The notes: a model not told the origin generated them from the sequence alone. A stretch of 28,435 nt of DNA from a virus (IMGVR_UViG_3300027819_000151:1-28435); one strand, 5' to 3'; counted from the first letter of the stretch, positions 17,740 to 25,214 are shown. Numbers and translations are program-made.

Positions 17740-19491
17740 CTATGCCATGATCGGATTTGCCAGGAAATCGTCGAGACTGCCTTCGGGTTCTGCCTGTTGC
17801 ATCACGCCGATGGCCATGAACAGTGCAGCCGCATCGTCTATCTTGTCGGCGCTGCGCTTCCTGTCCGGCGCCATGTTCATGTTCTCGTCGCGCCGGGGCA
17901 CCACGTTCGAAGCGCACCAGTTGAGCACCGCATCGCCTCCGTGCCGCAGGTTTCCAGAGAGATACAGCCGCTCGGTCTCAATCATTGCCGGGTGATACGA
18001 CTTCGCCCCCTGCCTAAATTCTTCAAGCGGCAATTCTGCCGCCTGGAGCCGGTTCACCAGGTCGCGAAGATTCCAAGGGTCGTAAGCGATGACCTTCGGC
18101 GTGAATCGGTGGGCGAGTTCAACAATGTCTTTTTCTACAAACGCGTAGTCGATAACCTTCCCTGGAAGCTGCGTTATCAACCCCGCCGCCACCCATCCCG
18201 CATACGGCACTGTCCCGCGCTCGGTGCGCTGCGCAATGGCTTCAACCGGCACCCAGCGCCGGCCCCACGTGTAGACGATGCCATCGACACGCCAGATTAA
18301 GCGGAACGCCATAAGGTCGGTCGTTGCCGCACCATCAAGCCCGGCCCAGCAGTCCTTGCCTTCAAGGAACTTGAGATCGACCGGCCCGTTGCAGCGCTTC
18401 CAGCGCTCGATATTCAGCCACGTATTCGCCGCCGCGGCCTGCCGATTCAGCCGCTTGATCTTGAACTCGGCGTGAGTGCCCGGCATCTGCTTGGCTTCGA
18501 TCGCGGCCTTGCGGATCTCGCGCTCCAGGATCGGATTGACCTCCATCAGCGGATTCGCCTTCGGCCATTTCGATTCGTCGAAGTCGTCGTCGGCCGGCCT
18601 GTAGTCCGATTCGCCAGGCTGACTTACCTGTTCGTCTAGCGCGAAGATCAGCATGAAAAAGTGATCGGCCTCAATCAGCCCGCTCAGCACCTGCTGCGCG
18701 AACAGCCGCATTTCAGGCCACGGCCCGGGCGTCTCGTAACCCTCTGTGGTGGTGTACAGCCACAGCGCATTGAGGCGCGCGCCGGCGGCAGATTTCAGCA
18801 CGTTCAGCAGGTCGTGCGTCTTGTGGGCGTGGATCTCGTCCAGCGCCGTGTGCGATGGATTCAGCCCGTCCTGCGTTGAAGCGTGGGCGTTGATCGGCTT
18901 TAAGTTGCCGCCCACCTGCCAGTTCGTGATCGCGTTGGCGAACACCTCCAGGTTGAAGGCGTCGCGCAAGTCATGGGTTTGCTCGACCATCTTCTTCGCG
19001 ATGTTGAAGATAATCCGAGCTTGGTCTCCGGTCGTCGCGGCAGTGATGACCTGCGGGCCAGGTTCGTCCTCATAGCAAAGGCAATAGAGCAGGATCGCCG
19101 CCGCGAGCGTGCTCTTAGCGTTCTTGCGCGCGACAGCGAACAATGCGCTCGTGAATCTCCGCGTGCCGTCCGGGTTCCTGAATCCGAACAGGTTGACCAG
19201 GAAAAAGATGTGCGACGCGTGCAACACGATCGTCGGCGTCGCCCACTTGCCTTCGACGTGCGGGAGCTGCTCGATGAATTGGCAGACCTCGTTCGCATGG
19301 ATCAATGAAAACTTGAACGGCCCGCCTTTCGTCGCTGCCCGCTTGCGGTCCTTCACGTAGCGCGACGCGGCGAGCCTGACCCATTTTCCGTGCCGCTCGC
19401 CATCGGCGTCAGCCAGCGCGTCGCGCGCGAAGGTATCGGCAATTGCTACAAAGTCACGCGCGGCGGCTCGAGTCCTTTTTTTTGCCGCCAT
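17740..19491 (-). CDS. terL: Terminase large subunit
   Basis: Walker A variant VARKNAKST, DGLNPS...LDEIH, W.KANP, GLD, AYDPW, KIDD..ALFMA. Confidence 0.97.
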   Translation of the reverse strand: MAAKKRTRAAARDFVAIADTFARDALADADGERHGKWVRLAASRYVKDRKRAATKGGPFKFSLIHANEVCQFIEQLPHVEGKWATPTIVLHASHIFFLVNLFGFRNPDGTRRFTSALFAVARKNAKSTLAAAILLYCLCYEDEPGPQVITAATTGDQARIIFNIAKKMVEQTHDLRDAFNLEVFANAITNWQVGGNLKPINAHASTQDGLNPSHTALDEIHAHKTHDLLNVLKSAAGARLNALWLYTTTEGYETPGPWPEMRLFAQQVLSGLIEADHFFMLIFALDEQVSQPGESDYRPADDDFDESKWPKANPLMEVNPILEREIRKAAIEAKQMPGTHAEFKIKRLNRQAAAANTWLNIERWKRCNGPVDLKFLEGKDCWAGLDGAATTDLMAFRLIWRVDGIVYTWGRRWVPVEAIAQRTERGTVPYAGWVAAGLITQLPGKVIDYAFVEKDIVELAHRFTPKVIAYDPWNLRDLVNRLQAAELPLEEFRQGAKSYHPAMIETERLYLSGNLRHGGDAVLNWCASNVVPRRDENMNMAPDRKRSADKIDDAAALFMAIGVMQQAEPEGSLDDFLANPIMA

Positions 19492-19951
19492 CGATTAGTT
19501 CCAGAAAGCGATTCGTTTTTTTCTTCGCCCCAGCGGGAGAGACACGCGAGCGCGAGGATGGCGTCATGCCGAACTCGGTTTCCGCCTTGTGCATCTGCTC
19601 CTGCGCCTTGTTCGAGACAGCCAGGTACGGGTTCTGAATCGGAAACCCGGACGGCGAAATCAGCACCTCGCCCTGCTTTGCGACCATGCTCTCGGCCACG
19701 AGATAGCGCCCGCACGCCTGGCAATAGCGCGCGAACGCATTGAGATCGATGTCGGTGATCATGTTGTTGCGGACGAGCTTCGGAAACTCAATCGCCCACG
19801 CCGCGCGCGCCTCCCCGCTCAGCCACGCCGGCGGTTTCAGCGTTTCATCGACGGCGTCAGGTTGCGGCTCGGCCTCGGGTAGCGGGCGGTGTCCTGGATG
19901 ACCGGCGAGCAATTTGAGATGCGTCGGTTTTGGTTTTCGGCCTGCTCGCAT
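19454..19951 (-). CDS. terS: Terminase small subunit, P27 family
   Basis: GRKPKPT.LK.L.G.PG.RPL, PP.WL, YCQ, QNPY, EFGMTPSSRSR. Confidence 0.95.
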   Translation of the reverse strand: MRAGRKPKPTHLKLLAGHPGHRPLPEAEPQPDAVDETLKPPAWLSGEARAAWAIEFPKLVRNNMITDIDLNAFARYCQACGRYLVAESMVAKQGEVLISPSGFPIQNPYLAVSNKAQEQMHKAETEFGMTPSSRSRVSPAGAKKKTNRFLELIDGGKKKDSSRRA

Positions 19952-20141
19952 GGTTGCCTAAAAATAGATGAAAAAAAGGTGCTTTTCGCTCCGAAAAATG
20001 AACATCGGCGTAAAAGGGGCGTAATCGACGTGTATGCGTTTTTCGAGCTTCGCCCTACTACCCTACCACCCTACCTGCGAAAAAAAGATCATCAATTCAA
20101 TAGCTTGGAAGTGCCATTTCCACCATGCTGCCGGAGAAAAC

Positions 20142-20335
20142 CATGCCACTTGCACCGCGTGGAACCGGGCACGTTTCTGGCCGCGTGCTCGCCGGAGAGC
20201 TTCATGCCACTTGTTCGCGCCGATGCAGTCAGACCCTCTGGCACGATCTAGGCCGCAGGCTCACCGGCGAGCCTCATGCCAACTCAGTGTGTCGCTGCCG
20301 TTGTCGCCCCTGGCACGATCAGCCCCGCGTGCTCG
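20142..20335. repeat. Degenerate 72-bp tandem repeat containing TGGCA(C/T)G boxes every 36 bp in alternating orientation
   Basis: GGGCACG at 20167, CATGCCA at 20203, TGGCACG at 20239, CATGCCA at 20275, TGGCACG at 20311. An extra CATGCCA is at 20142. CCGCGTGCTCG is also shared between units. Confidence 0.75.
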
Positions 20336-20340
20336 GCGGA

Positions 20341-20704
20341 AAATGGATGTAGTCCCTGACGTGCGCCGCGATTCGCTAGCGCCTCACATCCAAAGGAACG
20401 TGCTATCTGGCACCACGATTAGCTCTGACGAAATGAACAGCTATCGCCAGCTTGTGCGCCTTGGTTACATACACGGCATGAGGTTAATCACCACAAAGAC
20501 GAATATGTGAATGGTATTCACCACGTCAACGGCATAGAGGGCTTTTGGTCGCACCTGAAACGTGGGATCAAAAGCACTCACGCTTCTGTGTCACCGAAAT
20601 ATCTACAGCGGTATGTAGATGAATTCGCGTTCCGCTACAACAACCGGCAAGCGCCCGCCGCTATGTTTAGCAGGATGCCGAAGCAGTTTTCCAAGCCAAA
20701 CTAA
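20341..20704 (+). pseudogene. IS1595-family transposase remnant (5'-truncated, frameshifted)
   Basis: VPDV.R.SL.PHI..NV..GTTISSDE..SY..L...GY.H, then a frameshift near 20480, then VNH..DEYV.G..HVNGIEGFWSHLKRGI..TH..VSPKYLQRYVDEFAFRYNNR. Confidence 0.9.
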
Positions 20705-20716
20705 TTTCTTTAATCA

Positions 20717-20920
20717 CTACTTGCCTTTGCTCTTGTGAGCAAAGGCTTCTTTTATTCGTTCTTCTGCCTTATAACTTCGGGGTTGCGCTTGGGACAATTG
20801 GTGACCTGAGATAATCGCAATTGGCGGGTATTGATAAACAATAAACCGCTTATCTGGAGTCCAATCTTTCGGCGCATTAGATGATTTGACGCCTGCGTTA
20901 AGTTGCCTTAGTTCAAGCAT
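20717..20920 (-). CDS. Hypothetical protein (67 aa)
   Basis: ATG 3 nt after the stop of the protease gene, in the AT-rich island. No recognisable motif. Confidence 0.45.
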   Translation of the reverse strand: MLELRQLNAGVKSSNAPKDWTPDKRFIVYQYPPIAIISGHQLSQAQPRSYKAEERIKEAFAHKSKGK

Positions 20921-20923
20921 GGA

Positions 20924-21775
20924 TTAGCTCTCTCGATTAAATTCCGCAGAATAATAATGCTTGCGCGTTACCCATTTGAAACCTTCGTGCTTAGTAATAG
21001 TTGCCACTTCAATTGGCCCGCCCACAGTGGGTGCTCGTAAACTAAATTGCGTGAATTTTGCAGCAGTATCAGCAAGAAAGTAAGCCAAATCTATTGCATC
21101 CTGGATTGGCATTGCGGGTAAATGTAGCGGTACACATAGCTTGTTTATTAATTCATCCCTTGTATCAGTGGCGATCTTAGGATCAAGCCCAAGCTGCACC
21201 AATGCCTCATGAGCCCGACTTCCCAAGCCAAGAATTAAACGATCAAGAGCCTCGGTCTCACCTGCCCAACGAGGGCCAAAATGACTATCTTCATAAATTC
21301 GGTTGGGGCCTTCGCATTTGTCTCCATTAATCAGTATCTCCCACACTTCTGGTAATACTGATCCAGCAGAATATCCGCAAACTCTGTATCCCATGTAATA
21401 GTTTGGAACACCGTTTGGATATTCCTTAACGTAACATTCGTCAAACAAAAATTTCTTGGCTTTCGCTGCCACATCTTCAATCGTGTAAGACATCGGGTCA
21501 AGTTCATATTCCCCCTTCTGGTAATGCGGTGCCATGAATTGCGGGGGCGTAAGCTTTTCCCGAAGGTCTTTTGACAGGGTAGCAATCGACGCCGAACCTA
21601 TACCGCCACTACCGTATGTCATAGCCCCTATCGGCCAAACTTTGACAAGATTGAATATTTTGTTGGCATTGTTGTAAACCTTTACAACGGCACCAGCAGG
21701 ATCAACAAACGAAGTCGCGCTATCAGCGGCAAGAACAACACCGTCATTAACTCTAATTGTGACGACTATCGTCAT
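20924..21775 (-). CDS. Proteasome beta-subunit-like Ntn hydrolase (Thr1 protease)
   Basis: Start M-T-IVVTIRVNDGVVLAADS (Thr1, LAADS), NANKIF (catalytic Lys position), C-terminal TVGGPIEVATI. Confidence 0.8.
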   Translation of the reverse strand: MTIVVTIRVNDGVVLAADSATSFVDPAGAVVKVYNNANKIFNLVKVWPIGAMTYGSGGIGSASIATLSKDLREKLTPPQFMAPHYQKGEYELDPMSYTIEDVAAKAKKFLFDECYVKEYPNGVPNYYMGYRVCGYSAGSVLPEVWEILINGDKCEGPNRIYEDSHFGPRWAGETEALDRLILGLGSRAHEALVQLGLDPKIATDTRDELINKLCVPLHLPAMPIQDAIDLAYFLADTAAKFTQFSLRAPTVGGPIEVATITKHEGFKWVTRKHYYSAEFNRES

Positions 21776-21950
21776 GGGGTCTTTGAGGAAAAGACGTGGA
21801 TTTCGACCCCAATATAGCATCGTCTAGAAGCTGCTCAAACGCCTTCTTGTGGTCTAGCGATTCCGCAGGATCGGGAAGGCACTTAGGTTTCATCCGTTTC
21901 GGCAAAACCTTTCTTTTTACTTCTTTTTTTGGCTTCAGTCCAGCCCCCAT
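21753..21950 (-). CDS. Small basic hypothetical protein (65 aa)
   Basis: Lys/Pro-rich N-terminus and helical HKKAFEQLLDDAI. Overlaps the start of the protease gene. Confidence 0.5.
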   Translation of the reverse strand: MGAGLKPKKEVKRKVLPKRMKPKCLPDPAESLDHKKAFEQLLDDAILGSKSTSFPQRPHDDSRHN

Positions 21951-22061
21951 GTCTTTGATAGTAAACAGCTAATTTATGCAAACCGCCGCAATTTGTAGTA
22001 GGCTTTACCCATTACTTGTACTCAAGTATTTTTTAACCACATGATTTGGTAGGAGAACCTC

Positions 22062-22076
22062 ATGAGGAAAGTTTAA
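22062..22076 (+). other. Minigene ATG AGG AAA GTT TAA with strong RBS
   Basis: AGGAGA at 22051-22056, 5 nt before the ATG. Followed immediately by a GC-rich hairpin at 22077-22116. Confidence 0.4.
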
Positions 22077-22182
22077 GCCTTCGCGTCCCACGCGGGACAC
22101 CACCGACGCGAAAGGCACAAAAAGTAAGACCCGCATAAGCGAACTCTTGGCGGAGAACTTATACGGGTCTTGGTGGCGCAAC

Positions 22183-22250
22183 GGGGCGGGTTTGGTAACG
22201 GGGAGAGACTCCTAATCACTGACCCAAGGGTTCAATTCCCTTCCGCTCCA
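22183..22250 (+). tRNA. Non-canonical tRNA-Arg(CCT)-like RNA
   Basis: Acceptor GGGGCGG/CCGCTCC plus A. T arm AAGGG-TTCAATT-CCCTT. Anticodon arm AGAGA-CTCCTAA-TCACT (one mismatch). Shortened D region GTT-TGGT-AAC. 68 nt. Confidence 0.6.
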
Positions 22251-22306
22251 TTTTCTATAACAACGCTTTTGATAGTGGCCTAACTTAGCTTACCCTGTCA
22301 AGAGCA

Positions 22307-22322
22307 CTGTATAAAAGGACAG
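22307..22322. promoter_or_regulatory. LexA (SOS) box
   Basis: CTGT-ATAAAAGG-ACAG matches CTGT-N8-ACAG and overlaps the RBS of the downstream small gene. Confidence 0.7.
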
Positions 22323-22326
22323 TATC

Positions 22327-22467
22327 ATGAGCAAGAAACAAGGCAACGAAACAACTGGCAAGAAAGCTGCAAGCAATGCGGGTAAGGTTCTCAATAACCC
22401 TAACTCGTCTAAGGCCGCGAAGTCTGCTGCCGCTTCTGCTTTAACCCAGGTATCGAAGAAGAAGTAA
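22327..22467 (+). CDS. Small basic protein (46 aa)
   Basis: Below the ORF-track cutoff. AAGGA RBS. MSKKQGNETTGKKAASNAGKVLNNPNSSKAAKSAAASALTQVSKKK resembles a widespread small hypothetical family (T.K.AAS.A.KVL..P..SK..KS.A.SALTQ). Confidence 0.8.
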   Translation: MSKKQGNETTGKKAASNAGKVLNNPNSSKAAKSAAASALTQVSKKK

Positions 22468-22481
22468 GCGTAGTTTGTTTT

Positions 22482-22526
22482 AGCACAGCAACGCGGGGTA
22501 TCACTATTACCCCCGTTGCTTGTGCT
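22482..22526. terminator. Long hairpin between convergent genes, probable terminator
   Basis: AGCACAGCAACGCGGGGTA-TCACTAT-TACCCCCGTTGCTTGTGCT. Confidence 0.6.
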
Positions 22527-22563
22527 TCATCCTCTACATCGGCTACGTTCGGGGCCAACGCAA

Positions 22564-23283
22564 TTACATCGTCACCGCCGTCGCCTCTGGCACGATCTTC
22601 TCCGCGTCGAGTGCGCTCACCGCGAGTTCAGCGAGGAGCCGCAGTGCGACCGCGTTGTTGATCACTTTCTTTTCCTGCTTGACGCGCACGATTGCATCGA
22701 AGAGCGCATTGAACGTCGCCAACTCACCGACCAGGACCTGCGCCTTCTTGCTCGCCTCGATGCGCGCGAGGAAATCGATGAAAGCCGTTTTCTCCTCGGG
22801 CAGAAAAAGGATCGTCAGTTCCTCGTATTTCGGCCGCGTGATGCCGAGGGCCGCGAGCTTCTCGTCGGTGCACTTGAAGGCGTCGTCGGTGACGCCGCTA
22901 TATTGCTTCCACTCCAGCGACTTCATGCTGGTATAGAGCTGCGCCAGGATGTTCGGGTCGTCCTTGCCGTTGATCGCGTTCTGCGACAACTGGATCGCCA
23001 GGCGCCGTTCTTCGCTCAACTCGCTCAGAACGTCCAGCACGTCGGCCTCTTCGATCCCAGCCTTGATCGCGGCGCGCACGCGGTGATTGCCGCTCAGCAC
23101 TTCGCCGCGATAGACGACTGGCACACCCATCAGCTTCCCGTCCTGCTTGATGTTGGCGACGAGCTGGCTAAACTCCTGCGGCGTCATGTAGCGCGCGTTC
23201 TTCTCCAGCAGCTTCAACTCGCGCAGTTTGACCTTGACGATCCGGCTTTCCACCTTGTCCAGCGTATTTTCGGAGCCATTCAT
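22564..23283 (-). CDS. ParB/Srx-like N-terminal domain protein
   Basis: ELK.LEKNARYM....F..LV.NI..DG, P.V, VLSGNHRVRAA...G, LS.NAI.G.DDP. Confidence 0.88.
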   Translation of the reverse strand: MNGSENTLDKVESRIVKVKLRELKLLEKNARYMTPQEFSQLVANIKQDGKLMGVPVVYRGEVLSGNHRVRAAIKAGIEEADVLDVLSELSEERRLAIQLSQNAINGKDDPNILAQLYTSMKSLEWKQYSGVTDDAFKCTDEKLAALGITRPKYEELTILFLPEEKTAFIDFLARIEASKKAQVLVGELATFNALFDAIVRVKQEKKVINNAVALRLLAELAVSALDAEKIVPEATAVTM

Positions 23284-24544
23284 TGAACACTTCCTGGATA
23301 GATTGGTTGCGAATTGACGACTGGTACTGCAGGTGATCGGCGGTGCGCTTGGCCAATTCGAATATCCCGCGGTACTTCATGGAAACGGGCTTGGTCGTGA
23401 ACGCCGTGGTCACGATGTATTCGACCCTGATCAGCAGCCGGCGGTTGATCGGATCGATCACGTCCCGGCAGGCCGCGATCATCGGTATCAGTTTCGATAG
23501 CCTGCGTTCACGCGAGACTGAGAAATCCGAGAGCATGTAAAGCTCGCGCGTCTTATCGCCGAATCGCGTTTGCGCGAAGATGAATCCGCCGGCAAGCGCG
23601 CCATCGATCAGCACCAGGCAGTTGAACTGGCCGGTTGTGTGTTCAATGCCTTTGGCGAGGTAGACGTTTTTCAGATACGTCATCCGTTTGCCATCGACGA
23701 CGCACACAGATACCTTGCTCTCGGCCGTAATCGCGGCAGGATCGACCGCGGCGTATTTGAACTGCACTTCATTCGGCAGCCGGCGCCGCAGCGACGCGGC
23801 CTGATTGCTCGAATAGGTATAGACCGGCTTGTTCGAGCCGCGCCATTCCGTTGTCGGCGTGCGATCGGCGAGCAACTGATCCGAGATCACGCAGTACGGA
23901 ATACCCCGCTGCTCAAGCGAGGCGATGAACCCCGGCAGCGAATCGGGATTCCAGATTCCGTATTTCGGCGCGGGCCAGTCGACGTTTTCGTTCACGAGCT
24001 TGTAGATCCGCTCATAGCCGCCTTTGTAGGTCGGCGCAAAGCACGCGACACCGCCACCGCTGCGTTCGGCCCGGTCCACCTGCTCGGTGAAGTCGCCGGG
24101 GTAGAACTCCTCGATCTTGATTTCCGACACCAGCGTCGCGAGCTTGGGCAGCGCCTGATCCACGAACGTCCTGAAGCGCTCACGGTAGTGTCGGTAGTGC
24201 ACCTGGGCGTACTCGTTCTTGCCAGTGAACTGGCCCATCGCGCACGCCACCATCACGGCCGCCACGCGCCCACGGAAGTCCAGGCCGGCGATTGCGGGTT
24301 CGACGAACTCAAGATCGCCCTTGAACCGGATATCGAACTCGCGCCCCATCGCGAGTGCACCGATGCTGCAGGTGAGTAGCGACACGTCGTTCGAATAGAC
24401 GCGGCAGCCGGGGTGCCGCATCTTCACCGCGCGATCAAAGCGGAAGCTGCCCGAACACCCCACATACACGTCGCCCCACTCATCAAACGGCACCGTGGCG
24501 AGCACCTGTCCGACGACCTCTTTTGGGACGGCGCCGATGAACAT
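23168..24544 (-). CDS. Putative DNA-modification enzyme: adenine methyltransferase-like N-terminus plus GNAT/Mom-like C-terminus
   Basis: DVYVGCSGSF (motif I-like), SNDVS (motif II-like), FAPTYKGGYE (DPPY-like). C-terminal LVLIDG.LAGGFIF..LYMLSDF.V...RRLSKL...TTAFTTKPVSMKYRG.F. Confidence 0.65.
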   Translation of the reverse strand: MFIGAVPKEVVGQVLATVPFDEWGDVYVGCSGSFRFDRAVKMRHPGCRVYSNDVSLLTCSIGALAMGREFDIRFKGDLEFVEPAIAGLDFRGRVAAVMVACAMGQFTGKNEYAQVHYRHYRERFRTFVDQALPKLATLVSEIKIEEFYPGDFTEQVDRAERSGGGVACFAPTYKGGYERIYKLVNENVDWPAPKYGIWNPDSLPGFIASLEQRGIPYCVISDQLLADRTPTTEWRGSNKPVYTYSSNQAASLRRRLPNEVQFKYAAVDPAAITAESKVSVCVVDGKRMTYLKNVYLAKGIEHTTGQFNCLVLIDGALAGGFIFAQTRFGDKTRELYMLSDFSVSRERRLSKLIPMIAACRDVIDPINRRLLIRVEYIVTTAFTTKPVSMKYRGIFELAKRTADHLQYQSSIRNQSIQEVFNEWLRKYAGQGGKPDRQGQTARVEAAGEERALHDAAGV

Positions 24545-24582
24545 TTTGCCCTTTACCGTTTGTCGGAAACTTAAGTAACTTG

Positions 24583-24610
24583 TTGATTATTAACGTATAT
24601 ATGCTATACT
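24583..24610 (+). promoter_or_regulatory. Sigma70-type promoter (extended -10)
   Basis: TTGATT-16 nt-TATACT with TG-n before the -10, in an AT-rich patch ahead of the plus-strand operon. Confidence 0.7.
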
Positions 24611-24890
24611 TCACTCAAGGCCAAGAGCTTCTTGGCTGAGCCGGCCCGACCCGCCGCCTGAGGATCAAAGCACCCAGACGGAAACGACCAGAACATCGGC
24701 CAAGCGGGGGACACCCGGAAAATCAAACGAACAAAAGGGACGGCGCTCGTACCGCCGTCCATTCCAATGCCCTTGCGCGAGCGAGGGTGTCGGAATACCG
24801 CGCCAGGCGGCTCCCTGGAAAAAGCGAAGCCCCGGACGGCTTGGAACCGACCGAGGCTTCTGACCAAACCAAACTGCAAAGGAGTTTGAA
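24611..24890 (+). ncRNA. Candidate structured leader RNA
   Basis: About 280 nt without a credible ORF, containing at least five hairpins separated by A/C-rich linkers. Confidence 0.4.
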
Positions 24891-25214
24891 ATGGCTGTCC
24901 AAAGTGTAACCCAATCAGAAGCGCTCCAACGGGCGCGCAACAGCAATAGCACCGCCAACTTCAGCGCGATCTTCGAGGGATTCGAGTCCAAAGGAATCCC
25001 GGCGGCAGAAATCGAGCCGCGCGTCAACGTCCTCACCTATAACGCTTGGCTGGCTCTTGGCCGTCAGGTGCGCCGCGGTGAGCACGGTGTCAAGGTCTGC
25101 ACCTTTGTCTCAATGACCAAGAAGAACGAGTCCGGCGTAGCCGAATCGATTGGTCGGCACCCGCGCGGAGTCACCGTTTTCCATGTTTCACAAACCGACC
25201 CGGTGCAAGCATGA
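24891..25214 (+). CDS. ArdC-like N-terminal ssDNA-binding domain protein (stand-alone)
   Basis: AAGGAG RBS. Motifs [26 protein letters not shown]. Confidence 0.85.
   Translation: MAVQSVTQSEALQRARNSNSTANFSAIFEGFESKGIPAAEIEPRVNVLTYNAWLALGRQVRRGEHGVKVCTFVSMTKKNESGVAESIGRHPRGVTVFHVSQTDPVQA

Noticed and set aside
20142-20335. Repeat array as a CRISPR or as sigma54 promoters
   Set aside because: Units are degenerate along their whole length with no repeat/unique-spacer pattern, and no cas genes are present. The TGGCAC boxes lack the TTGC -12 element.
22000-22040. TACTTG-TACT-CAAGTA palindrome as the right end of the IS1595 element
   Set aside because: Plausible, but the left end is deleted, so no matching inverted repeat or target duplication can be shown.
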